From a virus, in IMG/VR virus record IMGVR_UViG_3300040801_002155, positions 1 to 57,003 of that record: a DNA stretch of 57,003 nucleotides; one strand, 5' to 3'. Below, in pieces: positions 25,991-33,188 of this stretch (position 1 is the stretch's first letter; each line of letters starts with the position of its first letter). The notes under the pieces are model-generated. The model had not been told where the DNA came from and searched no databases. It saw only the letters and a list, made by a program, of their open reading frames with translations. Both the position numbers and the translations under genes were made by a program.

Positions 25991-26302
25991 AGTCTTTGAG
26001 ACGAAAGAAATCGCCTTGCTTGAGATAATGTCCAATTTCTCGTGTCCGATGATCAATAATATGCCCAGTAGATTAGTTGCCGCCGAGACGATCACGTTCG
26101 GGTCAACCTTATCAAAAAACCGTTTGTCTACAGATTCTTTTTCTGTAGGCTTTTCTTCTTTTAACAAATTGGCCAAAACCTTGAGCCTCTCGTTCAGGTC
26201 TCTAAACTTTGTGGGATCTTTTTCTTCCATCATTTCACGGATGATTTTTCTCATCTCTTTGCGAAGTTCCTCTCTCGTTTCAAGATCTACTATGGTTTCC
26301 AT
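25982..26302 (-). CDS. Hypothetical protein with a C-terminal TM segment (106 aa)
   Basis: Charged helical N-terminus, then VSAATNLLGILLIIG. Confidence 0.55.
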   Translation of the reverse strand: METIVDLETREELRKEMRKIIREMMEEKDPTKFRDLNERLKVLANLLKEEKPTEKESVDKRFFDKVDPNVIVSAATNLLGILLIIGHEKLDIISSKAISFVSKTRV

Positions 26303-26319
26303 CTTTACTCCTTTCTAGT

Positions 26320-26347
26320 GGTTTCATTATAAGGCATGTTTTATTTG
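26320..26347 (-). promoter_or_regulatory. Degenerate copy of the conserved promoter-like element
   Basis: Minus strand reads CAAATAAAACATGCCTTATAATGAAACC. It overlaps the 3' end of 26341..27066. Confidence 0.3.
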
Positions 26348-27066
26348 CGGGGCGTGACCTCATAACTTAAAACCAGACAAGGTTTTCCATCTTTAGTTAA
26401 CTGACTTGAGAAATTTATTTGTATTAGGCCATCATCCACATTAAATCCTAAATCATAGCCCAAATCTGTGGGGTCTAATCCCAGTTCATAATAAAAATCA
26501 TTTAGTGAAATAAATCCTTCAAGCATCAGTTCACGATTTGTTTCGTTTATTTTTTGTCTAATCTTTTCAATATCCGATTGAAAATATCTTCCACTTAAAG
26601 CATCAAGGCATAATACATCCCCAGATCCAGTAATTATCACATGTGTTTGAGGATTTGCAAATACTTTATCTTGATCAATCGCATCACGAAGTACTTGCTC
26701 TTTCTTTTCTCCTATTGTTTCTACAACTTTTTGACGATATTCATTTAGTGTAGACTGGGTTATAGAATATAATCCAACAAGGGCCGCCTTTTTCCTTTCA
26801 TTAATCGTATTGGCCCCAAGTATTGCAACCGTCGTTATGATTACACTAGCCGCTGTTGGAATATAAAATTTCCATGCAACTTTGATTTTCTCCTTCGTTG
26901 TTTCGCACTCATATTTTCTTATGGCTTCTACTGCCTTCGGGGTTGCGTCAATCGCAAAGACCGTTGAAGTAAATAAACCTGTAATGGCTATCCCCGTAAG
27001 GATATGAGTGCTGTTTTGTTCGACAAATCTTCCAAGTCCCTTCATGCTTTGTTTTATACTAAACAT
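26341..27066 (-). CDS. Two-TM hypothetical protein, paralog of 18691..19674
   Basis: Shared architecture and the SLNDFYYELGL motif. Confidence 0.6.
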   Translation of the reverse strand: MFSIKQSMKGLGRFVEQNSTHILTGIAITGLFTSTVFAIDATPKAVEAIRKYECETTKEKIKVAWKFYIPTAASVIITTVAILGANTINERKKAALVGLYSITQSTLNEYRQKVVETIGEKKEQVLRDAIDQDKVFANPQTHVIITGSGDVLCLDALSGRYFQSDIEKIRQKINETNRELMLEGFISLNDFYYELGLDPTDLGYDLGFNVDDGLIQINFSSQLTKDGKPCLVLSYEVTPRK

Positions 27067-27182
27067 GTGTGCTCCTATACTTTATGGTGAATAAATATAA
27101 ATATGGCTCGGTGCGAGATTCCGCGGTTAATTTTATTCTCTACCCGACTTACGCTCCGCTTCTTTAAAAAGACCATAAAAGT

Positions 27183-27500
27183 TTATTGTTTAATACCGCA
27201 AAATTCCCCCAAATATCGCTCTTTTTCGCCAGTGAGATAGCGAAAACGGCGAATATCAAAATCGCTAATTGGAGTATAGTGTTGTCCCTTAATCAGCATT
27301 GTGCTGAACACGAGCTGATTGTCTGACATATGACGATCTCCACTATAAGTAGAAGCATTGCCATTGGTCTCGTTGTGCAAACGAATAATCTCATTCGCAG
27401 CGCTAATAACCCCCTGAATGGCCTCGTTAACAGTAAGACCACAATACTGAATCATGTGAATGACCCAAATAAAAATAAAATTTACGATATCGCCGGGCAT
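27183..27500 (-). CDS. Hypothetical protein (105 aa)
   Basis: Minus-strand ORF with an RBS. Confidence 0.55.
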   Translation of the reverse strand: MPGDIVNFIFIWVIHMIQYCGLTVNEAIQGVISAANEIIRLHNETNGNASTYSGDRHMSDNQLVFSTMLIKGQHYTPISDFDIRRFRYLTGEKERYLGEFCGIKQ

Positions 27501-27598
27501 GTTTTTCTCCTTTCAAGAGAGTTAAAAATTTGATAAATGTGAAAGAAATAAAAGGCTAAGTTTTAACTTCTCTTAGTCTTTTATTTTTGAAATATTAT

Positions 27599-27751
27599 TT
27601 AACGGTTAAATTGTTCCGCAAATGTATCAATCTTTTCTCTTTGATTTTTGATACGTTTATCAATCTTACGACTTATAAGAATTGCTCTTACAGCCGAAAC
27701 AATTGATATCATAAAAAAAATTCCTGATATAACTAATACTATAGCAAACAT
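27599..27751 (-). CDS. Mini membrane protein A (50 aa) of the cassette array
   Basis: Hand translation: MFAIVLVISGIFFMISIVSAVRAILISRKIDKRIKNQREKIDTFAEQFNR. RBS AAAGGAGATTAAAAATG. Confidence 0.55.
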   Translation of the reverse strand: MFAIVLVISGIFFMISIVSAVRAILISRKIDKRIKNQREKIDTFAEQFNR

Positions 27752-27774
27752 TTTTAATCTCCTTTTAATAGTAT

Positions 27775-27850
27775 GGTTTCATTATAGGAGTTGTTTTTAT
27801 TGTAGGAGAGAAAGAAATAAACCGATGTTTTGGTTTACTTCTTTTGAAAC
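27775..27850 (-). promoter_or_regulatory. Terminator-plus-promoter cassette, copy 1
   Basis: Minus strand reads GTTTCAAAAGAAGTAAACCAAAACATCGGTTTATTTCTTTCTCTCCTACAATAAAAACAACTCCTATAATGAAACC. It combines a 10-bp hairpin (one G.U pair, on the minus strand only) with the promoter block. Confidence 0.55.
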
Positions 27851-27866
27851 TTAATCTTCGGGCTTT

Positions 27867-28049
27867 TCATTTTTTTGAATAAAATTCCTCTCGGATCATT
27901 CCTGCCATTCCAAGTATACCGAAGAGCAGATACATGACTCCAAAAATTGGATGATATACATCATCAAATTTGAAGAAGAACAAATACGTTCCCCAAGCAA
28001 CTACGGAAGTGTACAAGAATATCTGAATATAAAAAATTATTCTACTCAT
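27867..28049 (-). CDS. Mini membrane protein B (60 aa)
   Basis: Tracked ORF MSRIIFYIQIFLYTSVVAWGTYLFFF...; two TM segments. Confidence 0.55.
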   Translation of the reverse strand: MSRIIFYIQIFLYTSVVAWGTYLFFFKFDDVYHPIFGVMYLLFGILGMAGMIREEFYSKK

Positions 28050-28070
28050 TTTTAAACTCCTTTTAATAGT

Positions 28071-28146
28071 GGTTTCATTATAGGAGTTGTTTTTATTGTA
28101 GGAGAGAAAGAAATAAACCGATGTTTTGGTTTACTTCTTTTGAAAT
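28071..28146 (-). promoter_or_regulatory. Terminator-plus-promoter cassette, copy 2
   Basis: Near-identical to copy 1. Confidence 0.55.
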
Positions 28147-28152
28147 TTAACT

Positions 28153-28305
28153 TTATGGTTTATTGATTGTAATCTTAACGATTCCCAATTCTCGAATCAT
28201 TAGTGCAATAAATACTGCTACGATGATCACTTTCCCAAAAGGGATCACCGAAACAATAATCGATACAATAACAAGTGTGAATAGGGCTTTAATTAACCTC
28301 TTCAT
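28153..28305 (-). CDS. Mini membrane protein C (50 aa)
   Basis: Hand translation: MKRLIKALFTLVIVSIIVSVIPFGKVIIVAVFIALMIRELGIVKITINKP. Confidence 0.55.
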   Translation of the reverse strand: MKRLIKALFTLVIVSIIVSVIPFGKVIIVAVFIALMIRELGIVKITINKP

Positions 28306-28328
28306 TTCAATTCTCCTTTTAATAGTAT

Positions 28329-28409
28329 GGTTTCATTATACCCTTTGTTTTTTTTGTAGGTAAGGAGAGAAAGAAATAAACCGATGTTTTGGTTTACTTC
28401 TTTTGAAAC
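28329..28409 (-). promoter_or_regulatory. Terminator-plus-promoter cassette, copy 3 (AGGG variant)
   Basis: Same hairpin. The promoter block reads ACAAAAAAAACAAAGGGTATAATGAAACC. Confidence 0.55.
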
Positions 28410-28589
28410 TCAATTGAATATAAAATCGAGCGACTCTGCATATTTATCTGAAAGTTCCTCAGGCTCTACTCCTGCAATTAGAGCAAGTATAGTGAAGCTT
28501 ACAATATATAAAAATACTGCAAGCGACCCAATAATTGATTTAATTACAACTAATATAACCATGAGAACACGTAAAATAAATTGTTTCAT
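28410..28589 (-). CDS. Mini membrane protein D (59 aa)
   Basis: Hand translation: MKQFILRVLMVILVVIKSIIGSLAVFLYIVSFTILALIAGVEPEELSDKYAESLDFIFN. Confidence 0.55.
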   Translation of the reverse strand: MKQFILRVLMVILVVIKSIIGSLAVFLYIVSFTILALIAGVEPEELSDKYAESLDFIFN

Positions 28590-28612
28590 CTTAATCTCCT
28601 TTAATAGTTAAT

Positions 28613-28693
28613 GGTTTCATTATACCCTTTGTTTTTTTTGTAGGTAAGGAGAGAAAGAAATAAACCGATGTTTTGGTTTACTTCTTTTGAAAC
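28613..28693 (-). promoter_or_regulatory. Terminator-plus-promoter cassette, copy 4
   Basis: Identical to copy 3 over the part I compared. Confidence 0.55.
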
Positions 28694-28861
28694 TTAATCT
28701 TCATCTAAGAATGTCTTCATGCTCTTTTCTAAATTTTTCATTGTTACTTGTGCAATGTATGGCGCGATGATTGGGGACAATAGTAGTTGAACTACCGCCC
28801 AAATAGCTTGCGCTAATACGAGTGCAAAAATAATCAATACGAAATCTACAAATGTAAACAT
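28694..28861 (-). CDS. Mini membrane protein E (55 aa)
   Basis: Hand translation: MFTFVDFVLIIFALVLAQAIWAVVQLLLSPIIAPYIAQVTMKNLEKSMKTFLDED. Confidence 0.55.
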   Translation of the reverse strand: MFTFVDFVLIIFALVLAQAIWAVVQLLLSPIIAPYIAQVTMKNLEKSMKTFLDED

Positions 28862-28885
28862 TTTTAATCTCCTTTAATAGTTAAT

Positions 28886-28972
28886 GGTTTCATTATACCC
28901 TTTGTTTTTTTTGTAGGTCTAATAAAGGAGAGAAAGAAATAAACCGATGTTTTGGTTTACTTCTTTTGAAAC
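28886..28972 (-). promoter_or_regulatory. Terminator-plus-promoter cassette, copy 5
   Basis: Same as copy 3, with a short insertion (tctaataaa) between the hairpin and the promoter. Confidence 0.55.
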
Positions 28973-28974
28973 TT

Positions 28975-29157
28975 TTAATCTTTGGATTTGTCATTTAGAA
29001 CGCTCGCGGCTGCGAATAATACTAGCAGCCCTGTAATGTAGAACGTCCCTACCGTATAGAGGCTATCCTGACTTGCGCCAGTAAACACCAATACGGTGAG
29101 GAACACCCCACCCAACAAGGCAAATAATAAATATCCGATTTCCTTTAGTACTTTCAT
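28975..29157 (-). CDS. Mini membrane protein F (60 aa)
   Basis: MKVLKEIGYLLFALLGGVFLTVLVF... The tracked 69-aa form starts at the ATG inside the promoter motif (TATAATGAAACC) and is probably too long. Confidence 0.55.
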   Translation of the reverse strand: MKVLKEIGYLLFALLGGVFLTVLVFTGASQDSLYTVGTFYITGLLVLFAAASVLNDKSKD

Positions 29158-29176
29158 TTCAACTCCTTTTAATAGT

Positions 29177-29245
29177 GGTTTCATTATAGGAGTTGTTTTT
29201 GTTGTAAGAAAAATAAAAGCCGATGTTATGGCTTCTATTTTTTAC
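29177..29245 (-). promoter_or_regulatory. Terminator-plus-promoter cassette, copy 6 (different hairpin, AAGCC/GGCTT)
   Basis: Promoter block conserved. The hairpin sequence has diverged, but the structure and the T-run are retained. Confidence 0.5.
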
Positions 29246-29248
29246 CAG

Positions 29249-29398
29249 TTAGTTAATAGTTGATAGTACATTTAAAATTTCTAGATAATTATTTTTGACT
29301 GCTTGTCCTAATAAGGTAGCAACAATAATAACAATTAATGCAACTACCATAAATAAGAAAAAACGTTCACAAATCAAATCTACAAATTTTGTATTCAT
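29249..29398 (-). CDS. Mini membrane protein G (49 aa)
   Basis: Hand translation: MNTKFVDLICERFFLFMVVALIVIIVATLLGQAVKNNYLEILNVLSTIN. Confidence 0.5.
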   Translation of the reverse strand: MNTKFVDLICERFFLFMVVALIVIIVATLLGQAVKNNYLEILNVLSTIN

Positions 29399-29419
29399 TT
29401 CAACTCCTTAAAATATAGT

Positions 29420-29448
29420 GGTTTCATTATAGGAGTTGTTTTTATTGT
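29420..29448 (-). promoter_or_regulatory. Conserved promoter-like element, first copy after the end of the late operon
   Basis: Minus strand reads TTACAATAAAAACAACTCCTATAATGAAACC. Confidence 0.5.
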
Positions 29449-29484
29449 AAGAAAAAAAATATACGGTACGTTAATTCTGCAACC

Positions 29485-29520
29485 AGTAGAGGCGTCCTAA
29501 TAATCTAAGACACCTCTACT
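29485..29520 (-). terminator. Long hairpin ending the late (structural) transcription unit
   Basis: Outer stem AGTAGAGG/CCTCTACT plus an inner stem of about 6 bp, starting 19 nt after the stop of 29539..30366. A T8 run follows only about 25 nt downstream. Confidence 0.45.
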
Positions 29521-29538
29521 CTATTCTAAATATAAATA

Positions 29539-30366
29539 TTAACTATCGGCTGTGTAACTTAAGATTGCACCTTTAGCATAAACATACGCAATTGCAGTAT
29601 CCAATGGATCATTGCCAACTCGCCCTATTCGAACTGTTAAAATATCTCCTGGACTTGCATCAACTAATTCAATTGCAGAGGTTACTTTTATCTGATTTTC
29701 AACCAAAGGATTCATTGGAATAGTTGTGTAGATGTTTTGAATCCAGTGATGATCAGTATCCTCTAAAATTTGGGCATAACTAACGTCCATTATTATTCGT
29801 GCAGATCCAGTATCTGATACAAGTCCCCCAACAATCAATCCGATAATCTCCCCGTCCCCAACGTAGTCATCGGGAATCATGCCCATAGCATAAAAATTCG
29901 TAGTGGCATCTGGCGGCAGTGGAACTCCGTATCGACTAATACTAAATCCAGAGTCCAATGTATCTATTACTAAAGGTATAAACACGCGTCTTGTTCTGTT
30001 CTCGATCTGTGCTGGTACCACTACGTGCTCTGTTCGTAAATGCTCCAAATACTGATGAACTTCAGAAAGATCTGCTGCTGTAAAAACTCGAGAGACCCAA
30101 GTTCCACTTGGCCAAGCAAGAGGATCAGACCCCCTGATAACTGTGACTTCTCCGGTTAAAGTGCCAGATGGATCTTCTTCATAACCAACAACTTCTACTG
30201 TTTCAGTCTCTTCCTCGTTAAATCCTAATGTAAGTCTTGTGATATTAGCAGCGGCAAAGTCGCTAACATCAGATAATTCTAATACTGTCTCGGTATCATT
30301 AACTCCGGTAATCAATAATGAAACTGGCGAATCTTTTAATGGAACATGTAATGTTGGAACTGTCAT
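29539..30366 (-). CDS. Tail fibre / receptor-binding protein candidate
   Basis: Last gene of the tail module, just after the Tal-like gene. The call is positional. Confidence 0.4.
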   Translation of the reverse strand: MTVPTLHVPLKDSPVSLLITGVNDTETVLELSDVSDFAAANITRLTLGFNEEETETVEVVGYEEDPSGTLTGEVTVIRGSDPLAWPSGTWVSRVFTAADLSEVHQYLEHLRTEHVVVPAQIENRTRRVFIPLVIDTLDSGFSISRYGVPLPPDATTNFYAMGMIPDDYVGDGEIIGLIVGGLVSDTGSARIIMDVSYAQILEDTDHHWIQNIYTTIPMNPLVENQIKVTSAIELVDASPGDILTVRIGRVGNDPLDTAIAYVYAKGAILSYTADS

Positions 30367-30382
30367 AATATACTCCTTTCAA

Positions 30383-31579
30383 TTAAATAAAACTTTTAAC
30401 AATTAGACCTATATCGACAGTCCCTTGGCCAATTACTATTTTGCCACTATTTGGTTCTCCGGTTAGGTCATCTTTAGTAAATTCTTGAACTACAAGATTA
30501 TCATCGAATCCATCCTCAGTAACAATTCGTACGATGTCTCCGATTTTCAATTTTGAAGCTGCATATATTAGTTTGGTATCGATTTCATATGTCACAAATG
30601 GTTTTCTTAATCTTTCTATTAATGCATTTGCATAATCTAGCAATGATTGCGCGGTTTCAAATCTATCATCATGCATTATGGACGTTATTATGCCATACTC
30701 TTCAATCCCTTCCTCGGATTCTACGTATGCTTTTCCTCCATTAATACTTGAAAAGCTTAAACCATCATTTCCATAAATATAAAGCCGCGTACAAAGACTT
30801 CTAGGATCGGTTCTTTTCTTTATTCCGAATATATTCTTTTTATATCGAATATCAGCGACTGGGTCACTTAAAATTTGTTTTAGGTTTAACTCCCACGGGG
30901 TAATTTTGGTATTGAATGACCAATAATGATCATCCGAAAGTGGTCCTCCAATATAATATAAAGAAGCCAACAGATTCATATCTTCAAACTCATACTTAAA
31001 TTCATCCGTATAATCGCACTCATTAAGAACCCATTTTTCTTCGTTCTGATAAGTTAATACTTCTTCAAGAACTTCTTGCGTGGTTTCTGCTCCGACACCC
31101 CCAAGCTCTAAAAGACCAATTATAGAACTATCAAGCAATGTACTGAGTACATGCTCCAATGTATATTCAACCTCACGAACATTTTCTTCATCTATAGTTT
31201 CATCTACTGGCATTATTCTAAATAAACCAACATATCTGCTAACTTCGATTTGTGGCGGTATAAAATATCCAACTGGCGCTAATACAGAGCCCGTGTATGT
31301 TATTGGCCCGAGAAGGCCGGTATAATATCCGGCCGGAGGACCAGCAGGTATTAAATCTGGAAGAACTGCCTCTGGATCTGAAACTTCTTCAAGATCCCAA
31401 ATCTCGACCAAATTAAATGGAGCGCAGTACTGATTTTTTGCATCGGAATATGGCAATTTAAAAGACCCCGTCCAAACAGAATTAAGCTGCTGAGTATAAG
31501 TAATATCATAGGCATTTTGTAAATATGCTAAGCGTTTACCAGTTTTCCAATTATAAACTGTCAAAGGTTTTAAACTCAT
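30383..31579 (-). CDS. Tail-associated protein (Tal-like, siphovirus tail-tip N-terminal domain)
   Basis: N-terminus MSLKPLTVYNWKTGKRLAYLQNAYDITYTQQLNSVWTGSFKLPY is typical of the prophage tail endopeptidase / Tal family as I recall it. Confidence 0.55.
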   Translation of the reverse strand: MSLKPLTVYNWKTGKRLAYLQNAYDITYTQQLNSVWTGSFKLPYSDAKNQYCAPFNLVEIWDLEEVSDPEAVLPDLIPAGPPAGYYTGLLGPITYTGSVLAPVGYFIPPQIEVSRYVGLFRIMPVDETIDEENVREVEYTLEHVLSTLLDSSIIGLLELGGVGAETTQEVLEEVLTYQNEEKWVLNECDYTDEFKYEFEDMNLLASLYYIGGPLSDDHYWSFNTKITPWELNLKQILSDPVADIRYKKNIFGIKKRTDPRSLCTRLYIYGNDGLSFSSINGGKAYVESEEGIEEYGIITSIMHDDRFETAQSLLDYANALIERLRKPFVTYEIDTKLIYAASKLKIGDIVRIVTEDGFDDNLVVQEFTKDDLTGEPNSGKIVIGQGTVDIGLIVKSFI

Positions 31580-31591
31580 AGTTTATCTCCT

Positions 31592-32158
31592 TTATAGCCA
31601 ACGATTTTCATAAATAAGAATCACTCCAAGTTCATTAGTTGGAAGTGGACTTGGGGGAACTCCCCCTTCATAATCCCATATAAACATAAGCCTATTTAAA
31701 CCAACCCCCAATTGAAAGAATCTACTATCTACACTGAGAGAAGAAACATCATGAGTCAACCCGAATAGTATAATCATTTCATCCGTATCAATAGTGATAG
31801 TCTGATACGGCTCTAAAGAAATGTCGGTAAGATCTAAAACAGAAACTTTCAAATCCCCAACAGGGAATAAACTCATATCTGCCATTCCACCGATTCGAAT
31901 GTTAAGTTCGAGAACTAATGTAAATTCAGGAACCTCCAAACCTCCTTCGGCGTCATCAATTATTCCAGAAAGTGGAAGTTCCCATAAAGGAATAAAATTT
32001 GTAATGCCACCTTCTGCGCCCAGCTCTAAATCTGGTATTGGAGTATATATAACAGCACCAGTAGCATTGATGCCGCCAACAGAAAGCCAGCGAAGACGTT
32101 CTTCATCGTTTCTTACGACATCAAAACTAGATCTATCAAACGAAATATGGCCAAACAT
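31592..32158 (-). CDS. Tail-tip-associated hypothetical protein (188 aa)
   Basis: Minus-strand ORF between the Dit-like and Tal-like genes. Confidence 0.5.
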   Translation of the reverse strand: MFGHISFDRSSFDVVRNDEERLRWLSVGGINATGAVIYTPIPDLELGAEGGITNFIPLWELPLSGIIDDAEGGLEVPEFTLVLELNIRIGGMADMSLFPVGDLKVSVLDLTDISLEPYQTITIDTDEMIILFGLTHDVSSLSVDSRFFQLGVGLNRLMFIWDYEGGVPPSPLPTNELGVILIYENRWL

Positions 32159-32176
32159 TATCTTCCTCCAATACTA

Positions 32177-32605
32177 TTAGTTTTCGTATACTGTCAGCCC
32201 TCCAATAGGAACTGTGGGTTTTACACCAACATTAAGTGCGTATGTCGCACCCAATGGACCGTAATATACTGGTTCTTCACCATCTCCAGCGACATTGGTT
32301 GTCATTATTGCTGCATATGCGCAATTACCAGAGTTCGATGGGACCGTTGCAAACTCAATATCATTAGTATTGAGAATCTCGGCAACCGCAGAACCAACCG
32401 GTACTGTGGGATCATCATCAAATTGAATTTCTTGTCTGGCATAATCAACATAACTAACTTCCGTTCCACTTCCATCAGCCCCTGGATTCGTGACAAATAA
32501 TGCCAAATATAATGGTGTCGAGCCAACCGATGGCGGAGTTATAAGAGTCACGACTCTAAGATTATCCTTTAATGTTTGTATTTTTGCATCATTTCCTTTT
32601 GCCAT
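32177..32605 (-). CDS. Tail-tip-associated hypothetical protein (142 aa)
   Basis: Minus-strand ORF between the Dit-like and Tal-like genes. Confidence 0.5.
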   Translation of the reverse strand: MAKGNDAKIQTLKDNLRVVTLITPPSVGSTPLYLALFVTNPGADGSGTEVSYVDYARQEIQFDDDPTVPVGSAVAEILNTNDIEFATVPSNSGNCAYAAIMTTNVAGDGEEPVYYGPLGATYALNVGVKPTVPIGGLTVYEN

Positions 32606-32621
32606 GATAATTTATCCTTTC

Positions 32622-33179
32622 CTATGTTTCAATATACTTATGATATATTTTAAGTTTATTCATTGTTGTGTTTGTTAAGTTTTTAATAATTAATCTTACT
32701 GGAGTTTCAACTGTTCCGCCCGTTGTAATTTCAATAACAGGATCAGATACTCCTAAAAATTGATCTACTTGTATTGCTGTTTCATATGCAAATGGATGAG
32801 TAATCGTAAATTCAACTTCAAATAAGGCATATTCAAGCATTGTTACTGTTGGTGGAGGAGAACTAACATATGCCGTATAATGTAAATTTGGCTCATAATC
32901 AAACGTTAATTCTCCAATTCCACTCAACCATAATGCAATTCTTCGCATCTCTGCATAAATATCTGCACCATCTGGTAAGACGTAAGAGCAAAAAATACTT
33001 TCCTCTCTTGGCTCATAACCCCCGTCCTCTTCTATAAATGCCTTTGATCGTCCAGGGATTGTAATAAGATTTCTCCTCTTTTGAGGAGACAGTACTTTCT
33101 TAGTTGGTGTCTCTCGAACATTATATGTTGAACTATGTATACCTTTAAAAGTAAAACCTCCAAGCATAATAAGTATCAT
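32622..33179 (-). CDS. Distal tail protein (Dit-like)
   Basis: FTFKGIHSSTYNVRETPTKKVLSPQKRRNLITIPGRSKAF, immediately downstream of the tape measure gene. Confidence 0.6.
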   Translation of the reverse strand: MILIMLGGFTFKGIHSSTYNVRETPTKKVLSPQKRRNLITIPGRSKAFIEEDGGYEPREESIFCSYVLPDGADIYAEMRRIALWLSGIGELTFDYEPNLHYTAYVSSPPPTVTMLEYALFEVEFTITHPFAYETAIQVDQFLGVSDPVIEITTGGTVETPVRLIIKNLTNTTMNKLKIYHKYIET

Positions 33180-33188
33180 CTCCTCTCT

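Noticed and set aside
27067-27182. A slightly GC-richer intergenic stretch upstream of 26341..27066, considered as a possible tRNA or ncRNA.
   Set aside because: I could not fold a cloverleaf or any extended helix and found no T-loop-like GTTCGAATC. It is probably just a promoter or leader region.
28975-29184. The 69-aa form of the tracked ORF, and similar long forms at 22989..23933, 14401..15159, 49882..50997 and 2016..2669.
   Set aside because: The upstream starts lie inside the conserved promoter motif or deep inside the preceding gene. Downstream ATGs with good RBSs or ATGA stop-start overlaps give non-overlapping, better supported models.
27599-29448. The regularly spaced repeats could be a CRISPR array.
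   Set aside because: The repeats are 76-87 nt long and consist of a hairpin with a T-run plus a TATAAT promoter block. The 'spacers' are 150-180-nt ORFs with an RBS, an ATG and hydrophobic products. No cas genes or leader are present.
29539-33179. A diversity-generating retroelement or other hypervariation system acting on the tail fibre genes.
   Set aside because: There is no reverse transcriptase gene and no template/variable repeat pair anywhere in the genome.
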